The notes below the pieces were generated by a model, which was not told the origin of the DNA, made no database searches, and was given only the letters and a program-made list of their open reading frames with translations. Below are positions 51,989 to 62,720 of a stretch of DNA of 64,000 nucleotides, in pieces. The stretch is from Octopus bimaculoides (lineage: Eukaryota). The translations under genes and the position numbers were made by a program. The stretch spans positions 39,140,694 to 39,204,693 of the forward strand of contig NC_068991.1 in the NCBI RefSeq assembly GCF_001194135.2, given 5' to 3'. Each line of letters opens with the position of its first letter. Position 1 is the first letter of the stretch.

Positions 51989-54900
51989 TACTGTCTCTTT
52001 GTCATGACATTGCATAATAGTTGTAAACAAGTATCACCATAATGCAAGCAGTGTCCTTCATTTCCAATATTGTCTGTAAGCATGTCGAGTCATGGGGAAA
52101 TATTAACTTACTTAGAAACAGGTGAAGTTTGGTGACAGATGGATATCCACCCATAGAAAACCTACCACAAATTCTGTCTGACCCATGTGAGCATGGAAAA
52201 ATAGACATAAAAAGGATGATATGATATATATTGCATGTGTACATGTATATGGTTTCATATATTTATATATACATACATATATACACAAGTGTGAATTGTG
52301 CATGCAGGCATGTTTTTTAGGCAAAACATTTTAGTCACCAATAGTATACAGGCAGTGATATTCTTTGTTCTGTAGTGAATCTGCTAAGTAGTCTCTGTGC
52401 AATATCTAATGGTTAACCCTTTAACAGTTAAACTGGCCATAATTGGCCTAAATATTCTACGTGTTTCATGTTCACACTGGCCAGATCCAGCCTCTCACAT
52501 CTACCATACAATGTCAGTCTAAAATAAACACTGACATCATCAAAATCTTGAAGCAACAAGATAATGCATGGTCAATTCAAAACAATATGAATAAATAAGT
52601 GTTACATTTGACAGAATAATTCGAATGCTAAAGGGTTAATATAGTTAAGTTTAAATCAAATTGGAGAGGAATTAGATGTTATTGATAATCACATTACTAG
52701 ACATGATGAAATGACTGAATAGGTTTAGAACAGAACAAAACAGGATTCATACCTCACCCGATATTCGATAGAAATGTTCTTTGAAACACTCTGTATCTTT
52801 TTCATCAATGAAGTCTTTTGGAGGTTGGCTGACAAGGGAAGGAATGTTGTCTGCTGGTCTAATTGGATAGAAAATAAATTAAATGAATATTGAAGTATTT
52901 CATATTCAATTTGAAATTATCAACTCATCATCATCATCATCATTGCCACTAACTCACTGTCATCATCAGTAACTCTTCCTCTTAATCATCATCATTATTA
53001 CTAACAAGTTAGAAGCATGGCCCATATACAGCTGCTTGACCTGCTAGAAATAGCTACCCAATATCCCTCAAATGACACCCTACTATCTTAAAAGGGGAGA
53101 GAGATCTGCATCTAAGATAACAGAATCCTAAATATGTAATACCTAAAACAAAAATTAGATGCTCCCAATTTACATTCCTTTGATCAGAGGTCTTCACAAT
53201 CAGAGTTTCCTTATATCATTATCATCACCATTGTTACCCTCACCAACATCATTATGCATTTAAAATCTACATGATTTGTGCTTGAGAAGACCTGTCCATC
53301 ACAGCAAAAATAAAGTCCTAAAAACATTATGTTTATGTTGGACCCTCCTCTATGGTACAACACAACTTCTGTAATCACTTGAGAACAGAATCAACACATA
53401 TTGAATCTCTTCCATTCTTTGATTCTTCTATAATTTTAAAAATCACTATTTCTTCTTCCTGGATCAGGTGAGAGAAACAGTAATTTAAAAAAATTAATAT
53501 CTTAGTAATATCATGTTTTTCTCTATTCTATTTGTCAATGACCAAAGGTGATACTTGTGATGCAAATGATGCTGGCATTAGAAGTACACATGCATTTAAG
53601 TTGGCTAGACAATCAATTGTTTTAACTTTGTTGCTGATTTATATAATACCATACTACCATGTCAGAAAACTAAAAGAAAACCTTATTTGAGATGTATGGT
53701 ATAGCCATCAAAAATATTAGATCAGTTGCCTGTACAATACAGATATGTTTATGCAGAGCTAACTAGAATTAGTCAAGATCACAATGTCACTTTAGTGTTC
53801 CATGATAAAAGGGCTATATTGTACTTTATATCAAAAGTATGAAATACTGCAATACATAACAACTGTTCAAATTAATCAACATGGGCAATAACATTTTCTA
53901 TACAAAAGCATTTGTCAATCAAGATGTTTTTTTACCAATATGTGGAACCTAGGACAAATGTTTTCTACTATAGTCTTGGGTTGAACAAAGCCTTGTGAGC
54001 AGATTTGGCAGGCAGAAACTGAAAGAAGCCTATACATACATATATATATAATAGGCATAGGCATAAATGTGTAGTAAAAAGTTTGCTTCCAAACCACATG
54101 GTTCTGGGCTTATTTCCTTCCGCTGCATAGCTCCAGGCTGACCAAAGCCTTGTGAGCAGATTTGATAGATGGTAACAACTGGAAGCTGGTCGTATATGTA
54201 TGCATGTGAGTGTGTGCACACATTCATGTTAGTGTGTGTGTGTGTGTACGCATGTTTGTGTGTCTCGACATCACACAATAGTTGTAAATGAATGTCACGG
54301 TTATACAAGCAGTGTCCTTTGTTTTCAATCTTCTGTGTAAACATGTCCAGTCATGGGGATATATTATCTTGTTTTGAAATAAATAAGGGTTGGTGACAGG
54401 AAGTGCATCTGGTCATAGATAATCTACCTTAATGAATTCTATCTAACCAATGAAAGCACAGAAAAGTGAACATTAAAATGATAAAGATAATCACAGTCTC
54501 AAATCCTTACTTCTTTTATCAACCTCTTCATATGATAGTTTTGTTTCTAATCTTTATTACCATTATACTAAAGGGGATGGCATATTTTTGTGACTAAGAA
54601 AACTTACTCCACAATATTTGCTTTTTCCATAAAGAATCTGATGAGAAAACTTGCTTCTAAGTTGGCTTCATATGTACAGGGTAGCACAATATATTCTCCA
54701 GGTTTCAATGCAAACCGCTTCACAACTTGGCGACCATTCATAAAAGCATCAACACTGGCAACACTTGTATATTTTTTAAAGAATTCATATTGCAATGGAA
54801 GAGCATGGTGGAGATCATTCTGGCAAAAATGAAATTTTAAAAATGTGGTTAAGTATTCACTATAGCAAAACAGAAAAATATTATAATACTATTTGAAAAA

Positions 54901-57900
54901 ATTTATTTCTCTTCACCACTCAACAAATACACAATCACAAACACACATTAATCTTTCTATACCAACTTACCTGAAACTGCTCCTGGTTCTAAGATACAAT
55001 CTCCTTATTTTAAAATGATCTAAATTAAAAACTTTTCAGCAAAATTTCGTATAAGTTTATGTTCCAAATATTTATTAATTAAGACAACTATTTTACTCAA
55101 TTTTTCATCATTCTAAAAATTAATTGAAACAAAAGCAATGTATTGTATTTCAAAAGAATTACAATGTCAAATAAAACAGTAAAATAGCACAGCAGCGATT
55201 AACTCGTTTCAAATTGCGACAGCTATTTCAAAGGGACGTGACTCTACGTTAAGAACAACATAAGTCACTGACAATTAGTGATCCAAATTTTATGAGCCTA
55301 AGTGTAGCCACTAACATTGAGTGACTCATCTAAACTCAGTTCAGTAACCCATCCCCAAACTGACAACACTCAAACTTATGGGCTGTGTGAAGATGCAATA
55401 AACAATGAAGTAAGAATTTGCTAATGAAGCACAATTCAAAAATGGTTATTGACAAAGTCTGAATACACGACTCATGTAGTCATCATCGTTTTTATTTAAT
55501 GTCTGTTTTCCAAGTTGGATAATTTGATAAGAGCCGGCCAGCCGGAGAGCTGTCCAAGCCCCAATTGTCTGTTTTGGCATGGTTTCAATGGCTGGATACC
55601 CTTCCTAACGCTAACCACTTTACAGAGTATGTCAGGGTGCTTTTCATGTGCTACTGCCATGGATGCTTTTATGTGGCACTGTCACAAGTGCATTTACATG
55701 GCATCAGCACGAGTGCATTTTATGTGGCACAAGTACGAGTGCATTGTGTAATATCTTCTGAATGCATGGTCCATATTTCAGAACGACTGTGGTTCTGAAA
55801 GTGTGGGGAGATCCATACATGGGAGGAAATATATTCGAGAGAAATATCAGTGAAGATAACTGAACAGGCTAAATTCAAAGTTCCATTGTTATCTCTATGA
55901 CATTACAGTTATTGCTTTCTTTTTTCTTTCCATGAACCATTCACAGACTTTTGTAAATTAAATAACATGGGGGTGAGGGTAAGACATAAAATTGCTACTT
56001 CAAAAGGAGGAATGGCAATTAAAAAAAAAAATCAAATTGTTTGAGCTGTGGTTCAGTAATAGATACATTTTTATATAAATACCTTCCTATCCGTTTGTGG
56101 TTTCAGGTTCAATCCCACAGTGGAGAATCTTAGGCAAGAGTCTTCTATTATAACTCTAGACCAACCCAAGCATTATGAGTGGATTTTGTAGAGGGAAACT
56201 GAAAGTGCCAGTCGTGTGTATGTGTGTGATGTCTGTGAGTTAGTTTACATTTACACTCTCCAAATGCTGTGAACTACAAGTAATGTTGCTAGCAGTTCCC
56301 CTGTCATTAAATCATTTGGTTGCTTTGAAGAAGTTGCATGAAAAATATGTAAAGTTAGTGACAAGAAGGACATTAGCTGTAATCCATACTAGCTTATTAA
56401 AAAGCAGGTAAACAAATGAACAAACCTTATAAATTACAAATCCTATGTATTGTAAGCAAGGGTTCTTCAGCTTGATTCTTCTGCAGTCTTTCTGTGCAAG
56501 CTGTAGGATGACACTACAGTGAGTGTCATCATCTTCATCAGAATCACTGAGAATCATGCGATACTGAGGGTTACTCCAGTGCGTAGCTGCAAAAGAAAAG
56601 AAAATTGAAATAATCTGATTATGATATATAATGAAAAGAAAAGAAAGTCATCAAAATTGGTTAAGTTAATTAACTTGGTTATTTTATATTATAATATCAA
56701 ACATAGTGGTTATAAAAAGTTACTGTAATATTGTCATCAGACGTTATGTGAAAATACCAATTTCCAAATTCTATTTAGTAATTTATGAACTCATTTATTT
56801 ATTTTATTTGATTAAAGCCAAACACTATTACTACTACTACTACTACTACAATAACAACAGTGATTTGTGTGACAACATTCATTTTAAGTCAAGGCTGTCA
56901 GAAATTTTTGTTTTCCTACATCTTTTAACTTTGAATACTTACTAGAGCAGGATGGTCTTCCTCCAGCAGAGAAGCCTTTGTACCATCTATTATGGAATTC
57001 CACTGCAAACCATGTCCTAGGCATGTTCATTGGAGCATCAGGGGATAAATTACAGATATTCAATGTGTCAAAATGAGCTTTAAAATCATTGAAGTCCATC
57101 CTGAAGGAAAAATAACAAAAAAAAGTGAAAGATTCAGTAAACATTAGAAGTGTTGAAAGTGAATTGAACAAAGAAGATGGAATATACAAGGGAGTGCTGA
57201 AAAGTTGCTGGTTTTTGGTAAAAGAAAATACAGGAGGATCAGTTAATTATGATCTTATTTAACATATTCCTATCTCAGATTCACACACTTATTGCAGCAG
57301 TCCTTTAGTTTTTCGAAGCTCTGTAAGAGAACTAGGAAGGCTGTGCCTCCAACCAGGCCTTTCATGATACCCTTAAAGCCAGGAACTTTTCAGTACCCCT
57401 TCATAATGTATTGAAGCAAGCATGGCTGTGTGATTTCAAAAGTTTGCTTCTCAATTGTGTGGTTTTGAGTTCAGTCCCACTACATGGCACCTTGGACAAA
57501 TGTCTTTCACTATAGCCCTGATCCAGCCAAAGTCTTGTGAATGAACCTGGTAGACAGAAACTGAAAAAAAAAAAAAACCTGTTGTGTGTGTATCCTTGTC
57601 TTGGCACTGTGTGATAGTTATAAACATGTGCCACCAGCAAACAAATAGAGTCATTCATTTCCAATCTTTCATGAACAACCTGTCCAGCCCATAGGGAAAA
57701 TTTTAACATGCTTAGTCAGGGTTGGTGATAGGAAGGGCATTTGTCCATAAAAAATCTACACCAATAAATTTTGCCTGTCCTATGTAAGCATGAAAAAGAG
57801 AACATTAAAACAGTGATGATGATGATGATAACATAATGTTTTCAGAATTTATCTTCTGTTGAAGAAGGAAAAAAAACAACTTTGTTTGATCCCACTATTC

Positions 57901-60900
57901 AGTACCCTGGGCAAATGTGTTCTACAGTGTCAGGTTGACCCATGTTTTGTGAATGAAATTAGTTAGATGAAAACTATGTGAAATTTCATTGTATTTACTG
58001 TATCTATGGTTCTGGAGACCCAGCCTGAAAATTACACTAAGGGTCAAAATGCCTGTGGAATACCCAGCTACTTACATTATAACACAAAAAGCAGCTAGTT
58101 CCAATCATTGACCAAACAGGCCACTTGTCGTAGAAACAAAGCAAGATCTTAGCCTTGATTTGATCCCTCAACTCCTGATGGAGTTGAAAGAGCATCATTG
58201 TGACATACAACGTGGTTTTGGTTGAGCCCATATACCTTTGGATTTGACTAACCACAGCACTTTTCATCCAGAGAGACAAAAAAGTAATAAACAAAGAGAG
58301 AAAAAGAAGAATTGACTCTCATACTGGACTCATACTTTATTGACCACTAAAAGGATGAAATGCAAAGTTGACCTCAGTAGGATTTGAACTGAGAGCACAG
58401 AGAACCAAAATGAATATCATAAGGCATTCTAGTCAGTGTTCTGACAACTCACCAATGAAAGATCCATCATCAGTTGAAGAGGACACCATCAGCTTAACAT
58501 GAAAGAAAATAAGGTTGTGTACTCTCATTGAGCAACTGGAGTTCTACTGAAGACTTCATCTTTATGTCATGTGCTTGTGTTCAATTCAAGATAGGAAACA
58601 CTGGAAAGTGGTATTTTGTTGCATTCTCTAAGAAGATTCAAACTAATAACTCCAAATTAACAGAACACTTACTACATAATGTTTCCCACTTTCTAAAGTT
58701 CAACAATAAATTATATCCCACACTATTTTACCTATTCACAGCCAACTGAACTGACCTAGTCAAAGCTGGTGAAAGTTAACCCTTTATCATTCAGATTAAT
58801 CTGTCAAAATGTAAGGCTTATTTATTTATATTGTTTTTCAGTTAACGCTTTAGCATTTAAACTAGACATATTAGACTAAAATTTTATCTGTGTTTTATGT
58901 TCAAACTGGCCAGGTCCTGCTTTTCACACTTACCCTACAATGTCAGTGTAAAATAAACAATAATATCATTGAGATCTCAAATGCATGCTTAATTCAAAAA
59001 ATGTGAATAAATAAGCATTACATTTGGCAGAGAAATCTGAATGCTGAAGTGTTAATCATGCATCATCTAATAGTTTTGAGATTTTAATAATGTGATAGTT
59101 TATTTTTACAATGACATTGTAGGATAAGTGTAAGAGGACAAATCTGGTTAGTTTTCACATAACAGATAGAATATTTCAGCCCCATATGGCCAGTTTAAAC
59201 ACTAAAGGGTTAAGGTATACTTTTCATGAATATGTTCTGTGTCAAAAGCAAGATACAAACCATCAACAATTTGGCTGTGGGCCAGCAACCTAAAGCAAAT
59301 TGTCACCTTTATATTTTACTTGAAACATCAAAAAGTAATAATGATAATAATAAAAGTTTCTAATTTAGGTGCCAGGACAACGTTTGAAGGGAGGAGATCA
59401 ATCAATATCATTGATCCCTGCACTTGACTCATACTTATTTTATTGACCCCAGAGAGATGCAAGGAAAAATTGTTCTCCACAGGATTTGAACTTGGACAAA
59501 TGTGGCAAGGCATTTTTTCCAGAGCTCTAACAATAATCACCAGCCTGCTGTTTTACATGAAATTAAAATAATAATAATACAGCATATGACTGATACATAT
59601 CAATCCTGGATACACAAAATATTATAAAACATTATATATATTTATATATTTAAAGAGAGAGCGGGGGAAGGAGTAGGAGAAGAAGGAGAGGCAGACGGTC
59701 AGACAGACAAACAGAGAGAATAAAATATATGTATATAGAAAAAAAATTCACACAAAAAAATACATACCAAAATTCTCCATCATCATTGAAGACTAGTCCT
59801 AATTTTTCCCTCTCATCACTAGGAATACTGTTCCATTCAACAGACCTAAAGAATTTGAAAATAAACACATTGTAATCTGGAAGTCAAAACAAATTATCAA
59901 AGGAAAGATGATATAACAATAAATATACGAATGAAAGTAATGATATGTTAAACTAAAAAGCAAAAAAATTAATTAAAGAAAATTAAAATAAGAAAATGTC
60001 AAATTTGAATTACCTTTCATTCCACGGTCCATTCCAGGCAATATGTTCACCCCAAGGGTTTCGAATCCTTATCAGAGTGACTGAGCGATTTCCTTGATCC
60101 GAGGGCAGTAAAAGCTGCAATGGAAAGCAGCGAATATGCATATGCATAACTATTTACAAGAAAGAGACTATATGGTTACATGTATATGCACATATGCAGT
60201 AACAAAAAAATATACATCACATATGTACAAACTTCTCTACTAGTGAAGGCACATGGCCTAGAGGTAGGGGCTATTGCACTTGCACTCACAAGATTGTGGT
60301 TTTGATTCTCAGACCAGGAGGTGTGTTGAGTTCTTAAGTAAAATGTTTCATTTCATGTTGCTCCTGTTCACTCAGTTGTAAATAGGTAAACTTACAACAG
60401 ACTGGCATTCCATTCAGGGGTAATATTGTCCTGTCCACTAGCCAGCAGGGGACCATCATCTGACGGCTAAAACAATGCAAGGAAGTGCAATGTAATCAAT
60501 GGTGTATGACAACATCTGATAGTCTGGTCGATACAGTGATATATAACAGGAGGGTTGTGAGGCTTCTTTAGTCCTATCCATCATTGGTCACTATGAGTAA
60601 ATGCATCCAGTACACTCTGTATTGTGGTTAACAACAGAAGAGCATCCAGCAGTTGAATCTAAGCTTAATGACATATATGAGCACCAGTCAATAACAAAAA
60701 ATGACTCAGACTATTTAACCCATGATAGCATCATCATCGTTTAACGTCCGCTTTCCATGCTAGCATGGGTTGGACGATTTGACTGAGGACTGGTAAAACC
60801 AGATGGCTACACCAGGCTCCAATCTGATTTGGCAGAGTTTCTACAGCTAGATGCCCTTCCTAACACCAACCACTCCGAGAGTGTAGTGGGTGCTTTTACG

Positions 60901-61432
60901 TGTCACCCGCACGAAGGCCAGTCAGGCGGTACTGGCAATGGCCATGCTCAAAATAGTGCAATTTATGTGCCACCCGCACAAGAGCCAGTCCAGGGGCACT
61001 GGCAACGATCTTGCTCGAAAATCCCACGAAGGCCAGCCAGGCGGCACTGGCAACGGTCACGCTCAAAATGGTGCATTTCATGTGTCATCTGCACAAGAGC
61101 CAGTCCAGGGGCACTGGCAACGATCTCGCTCGAAAAATTTCATGTGTCATGATAACATGGAAAACAGATATCAAACTATGATGATGTTGATGCTAGTGCC
61201 ATGTAAAAAGCTCCCAGTACACTCTGTAAAGTAGTTGGCATTAGGAAGGATATCCAGCTATAGAAGCATTGCTAAAACAGACAACAAAACCTGAGTAGCT
61301 CGGCCTTGCCAGCTCCTGTCAGATTGTCCAACCCATGCCAGCATGGAAAACAGATGTATGATGATGATGATGTGTGTGTATGTCCATTCACATAGAAAAC
61401 TACTAAATAAAATATTAAGTTTCTGAAATTTA

Positions 61433-61468
<36 letters not shown>

Positions 61469-61561
61469 AAATATTACCTGCCTCAAATCAGTGATGTTAT
61501 AAATATGACCTGACAACAAACCATTTGGAAGTTCAAGCTGTTTCTCATCCAGTGACAATGA
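35659..61561 (-). CDS. CAPN: Classical-type calpain (CysPc-PC2 / C2-like / penta-EF-hand), 5'-incomplete, 14 exons joined, 452 aa
   Basis: Fourteen GT-AG exons join in one frame (84+101+78+158+161+212+106+58+59+69+79+117+53+24 = 1359 nt). Motifs: GH (catalytic His), RIRNPWG (catalytic Asn), DDGEFWM, SAGG, NPQY, acidic loop [17 protein letters not shown] loops [12 protein letters not shown] and [12 protein letters not shown], terminal WL. Family is secure; the specific paralogue is not assigned. Confidence 0.95.
35939..36150. mobile_element. Third TTAA-CCC-starting short repeat (probable piggyBac-type MITE); related copy at about 54960-55160
   Basis: ttaa-cccttctgatacc start; the internal sequence aligns by eye with 54961-55150; the right end is degraded. 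Confidence 0.55.
37640..38880 (-). repeat. Cluster of about five SINE family A copies separated by (AAT)n/(GAT)n
   Basis: Repeated ggtacttat...gaaaggatgaa...aaagttgacc...gatttgaactcaga segments. Confidence 0.78.
39528..39757. mobile_element. Tc1-type MITE (230 bp)
   Basis: TIR cagggttggtcaaatgtcacccaaaagtaaatc versus caaggttggccaaaagtcatctgacagtaaatc in a TA-rich context. Confidence 0.75.
40020..40432. mobile_element. Internally deleted, inverted copy of the 3862-4413 element, flanked by (AAT)n
   Basis: Both termini retained (gccctgatg... and ...ctctctcactcaa). Confidence 0.8.
40849..40901 (-). CDS. CAPN: Calpain exon (EF5): (N)[17 protein letters not shown]
   Basis: Acceptor ttctttctttcag, donor gtaagt, 53 nt, phase 1/0; F......G.I.L pattern. 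Confidence 0.85.
41247..41330. repeat. (AG)n microsatellite, about 42 units
   Basis: Direct reading. Confidence 0.95.
41530..41990 (+). repeat. (GAT)n-tailed repeat family D with internal 55-60-bp subrepeats
   Basis: Tail ...gcatggaaagcggacgttaaatgatgatg; copies at about 26890-27090, 42420-42745, 43120-43620, 48960-49160(-), 55490-55750(-), 60730-61140(-) and 61195-61370. Confidence 0.8.
42815..42931 (-). CDS. CAPN: Calpain exon (EF4): [39 protein letters not shown]
   Basis: Acceptor atgtgacag, donor gtaagt, 117 nt, phase 1/1; aligns to GF.L......I..RY.D....I.FD.F..C...L..MF. Confidence 0.9.
44655..45400 (-). mobile_element. CR1/L2-type LINE 3' fragment in a calpain intron
   Basis: [25 protein letters not shown] and TCGHPYKI...KITEAWNKL...SFK match CR1 C-terminal motifs. 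Confidence 0.8.
45486..45564 (-). CDS. CAPN: Calpain exon (EF3): [26 protein letters not shown](G)
   Basis: Acceptor ctattaccag, donor gtaagt, 79 nt, phase 0/1; canonical EF loop. Confidence 0.95.
46649..46717 (-). CDS. CAPN: Calpain exon (EF2): [23 protein letters not shown]
   Basis: Acceptor tccttaactctttttctcag, donor gtaaat, 69 nt, phase 0/0; SGK.G..EF..LW..I..W motif. Confidence 0.93.
46718..49679 (-). other. U12-type (minor spliceosome) GT-AG intron of the calpain gene
   Basis: 5' site GTATCCTTT (+ strand aaaggatac, 49671-49679); branch point TCCTTAAC (+ strand gttaagga, 46730-46737) ending 12 nt before the exon boundary. Confidence 0.92.
46770..48080 (+). mobile_element. RTE (BovB-like) LINE RT-to-3' fragment inside the U12 intron
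   Basis: [10 protein letters not shown]...[49 protein letters not shown]; multiple stops and frameshifts. Confidence 0.9.
49680..49738 (-). CDS. CAPN: Calpain exon: (D)[19 protein letters not shown]
   Basis: Acceptor gtatttcag, 59 nt, phase 1/0; LDTC....LMD motif; donor is GTATCCTTT (U12 type). Confidence 0.92.
50273..50330 (-). CDS. CAPN: Calpain exon (EF1): [19 protein letters not shown]
   Basis: Acceptor gtttacag, donor gttagt, 58 nt, phase 0/1; completes GE|DMEI...EL..IL. Confidence 0.93.
50500..51742 (-). mobile_element. Near full-length mariner transposon (1243 bp), frameshifted DD34D-type transposase
   Basis: 33-bp TIRs tcagg(c/t)tga(a/g)taaaaagtaa(g/a)caa, TA at 50498-50499 and 51743-51744; motifs [43 protein letters not shown]. 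Confidence 0.95.
52417..52635. mobile_element. piggyBac-type MITE family 1 copy
   Basis: ttaa-ccctttaacag...aatgctaaaggg-ttaa. Confidence 0.82.
52753..52858 (-). CDS. CAPN: Calpain linker exon: [35 protein letters not shown]
   Basis: Acceptor ttctatccaattag, donor gtatga, 106 nt, phase 2/0; F...F..ISGE matches the start of the PEF domain. Not in the ORF track. Confidence 0.9.
54608..54819 (-). CDS. CAPN: Calpain exon: [16 protein letters not shown]...[41 protein letters not shown](E)
   Basis: Acceptor tttttgccag, donor gtaagt, 212 nt, phase 0/2; PGEYIVLP.T and FLIR.F.EK motifs. Confidence 0.95.
56426..56586 (-). CDS. CAPN: Calpain exon: [53 protein letters not shown]
   Basis: Acceptor cttttgcag, donor gtttgt, 161 nt, phase 1/0; NPQY, acidic loop, IGF.IY motif. 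Confidence 0.95.
56943..57100 (-). CDS. CAPN: Calpain exon: [52 protein letters not shown]
   Basis: Acceptor ttccttcag, donor gtaagt, 158 nt, phase 2/1; end of PC2 and start of the C2-like domain (ICNL, W..G.SAGG). Confidence 0.95.
57185..57405. mobile_element. Mariner-derived MITE (about 220 bp)
   Basis: TIR tacaagggagtgctgaaaagttgctgg versus tatgaaggggtactgaaaagttcctgg; shares the ctgaaaagtt core with the 2395-3341 element. Confidence 0.75.
58780..59209. mobile_element. piggyBac-type MITE family 1 with a second copy (58846-59051) nested in opposite orientation
   Basis: Outer TTAA at 58776-58779 and 59210-59213; inner TTAA at 58842-58845 and 59052-59055; 430-206-4 = 220 bp, the normal unit length. 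Confidence 0.88.
59768..59845 (-). CDS. CAPN: Calpain exon: (R)[25 protein letters not shown](W)
   Basis: Acceptor ttctttag, donor gtatgt, 78 nt, phase 2/2; DDGEFW motif. Confidence 0.95.
60014..60114 (-). CDS. CAPN: Calpain exon (catalytic Asn): [33 protein letters not shown]
   Basis: Acceptor ccattgcag, donor gtaatt, 101 nt, phase 0/2; hallmark LIRIRNPWG...WNGPW. Confidence 0.95.
60910..61140. repeat. Two 115-bp tandem units inside a family D repeat
   Basis: cacgaaggccag at 60910 and 61025; each unit has two actggcaa(t/c)g-centred subunits. Confidence 0.9.
61478..61561 (-). CDS. CAPN: Calpain exon (catalytic His): [28 protein letters not shown]
   Basis: Acceptor tctttcag, donor gtaata, 84 nt, phase 0/0; [10 protein letters not shown] aligns to calpain LVKGHAYSVT. 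Confidence 0.88.
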
Positions 61562-62673
61562 CTGAAAGATCAAAATGAAAAGGGAATAGATAAATTTAAA
61601 ATGGTGTGAATTTAAGCACAATTGCTCACACGCACACACACTCCCACTTTAGGTGGCAAATTGCCGGTCATTAGAGTATTAGACAAAATATTTTGTAGTA
61701 TTTGTTCCAACTCTCTATACTTGGATTCGAAATCTACCAAAGTCAACTCAGAGTTTTATCTTTCCGGGTATTGATGGAAAAGTACCAGTCTAAGGCAATG
61801 AATTGAAGGAGCTGTAAAAACATCTCACTGAATGCCTTATAGTATTTGTTCTGACTGTGCATTCTGAATTCAAATGCTGCCCTGGAATACTTGGATGGTA
61901 GACTTAAATTGTCACCTAGCTGATATCTTGAGAGGTATTAGCAGAGTGCAAGCAGTCAGGCCAGGTTTTGGCTTGAGGATATCTCCCTCCCTCCCACCAG
62001 CCTTTGATGTACTGTAATTGGTCAGAGGTACCGCCTTCCTCCTGACTAAAAAACAAGAAATTTTTTAAAACGCGAGAATAATATCACAATGGTTGTAAAT
62101 TTACACAAGATTTCAAATCTAACCATTGATGTATATTAACAATGTAAATTACTGCTGTTGCCCCTAAACAAGGTCAGTTACTGAAGCCTGCTCGCCTTGA
62201 TAACATATCTGAACAGTCAAGATATGATTCAGCTGATATCATTTACTTTCAAACTGACTCACACTGCAATCTAGAGTCTAACATACTAACTTGCATCTGT
62301 TGTGGAGTGTTAATTTCCTAAGAAATAAAGACTACAAACCTTTTAGTCCACATTTCAAAGAATGGTTGAGAGTATAACAGATGCACAGAAACTCATTCAA
62401 TGGCTCAGACTCAGTTATGAACAAAAAAAAATCTTGCTTTCATGCTAAGGAGATCTTATAATACTAAATCATATTCATTGCTTTAATCAGTTGGCTCTGA
62501 AGACCAGATCCACTTCAATTTGCCTTGTTAAAGTTATCTCCCTTGTTTGCTGTCCTTCGATTTAAGCAATCGTAGAAGGAATTTTTGTCAACTATTTGTT
62601 TGGATAATCTCAGTTGATTTAAGTTTCTTTTAACCATGTTTTACATGTATGAGCCCCTCTCCACATTAACTAT

Positions 62674-62720
<47 letters not shown>

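Noticed and set aside
54961-54990. GTAAGT donor on the minus strand between calpain exons
   Set aside because: It lies inside a repeat also present near 35940-36120; the flanking exons already join in frame.
60910-61140. Regularly spaced actggcaa(t/c)g repeats resembling a CRISPR array
   Set aside because: The intervening sequences are themselves duplicated rather than unique spacers; eukaryotic repeat context; no cas genes.
61918-62045. Minus-strand exon-like segment after a good acceptor (ttcttgttttttag)
   Set aside because: No frame resembles the expected upstream calpain exon (EDFTGG...SLMGCSI), and the donor is poor.
62291-62317. Possible 27-nt in-frame calpain micro-exon (EINTPQQMQ; ttcttag / gttagt)
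   Set aside because: No calpain similarity, and it lies within what looks like a decayed plus-strand LINE RT remnant (ADIIYF, WSVNFLRNK); splice-like words arise by chance.
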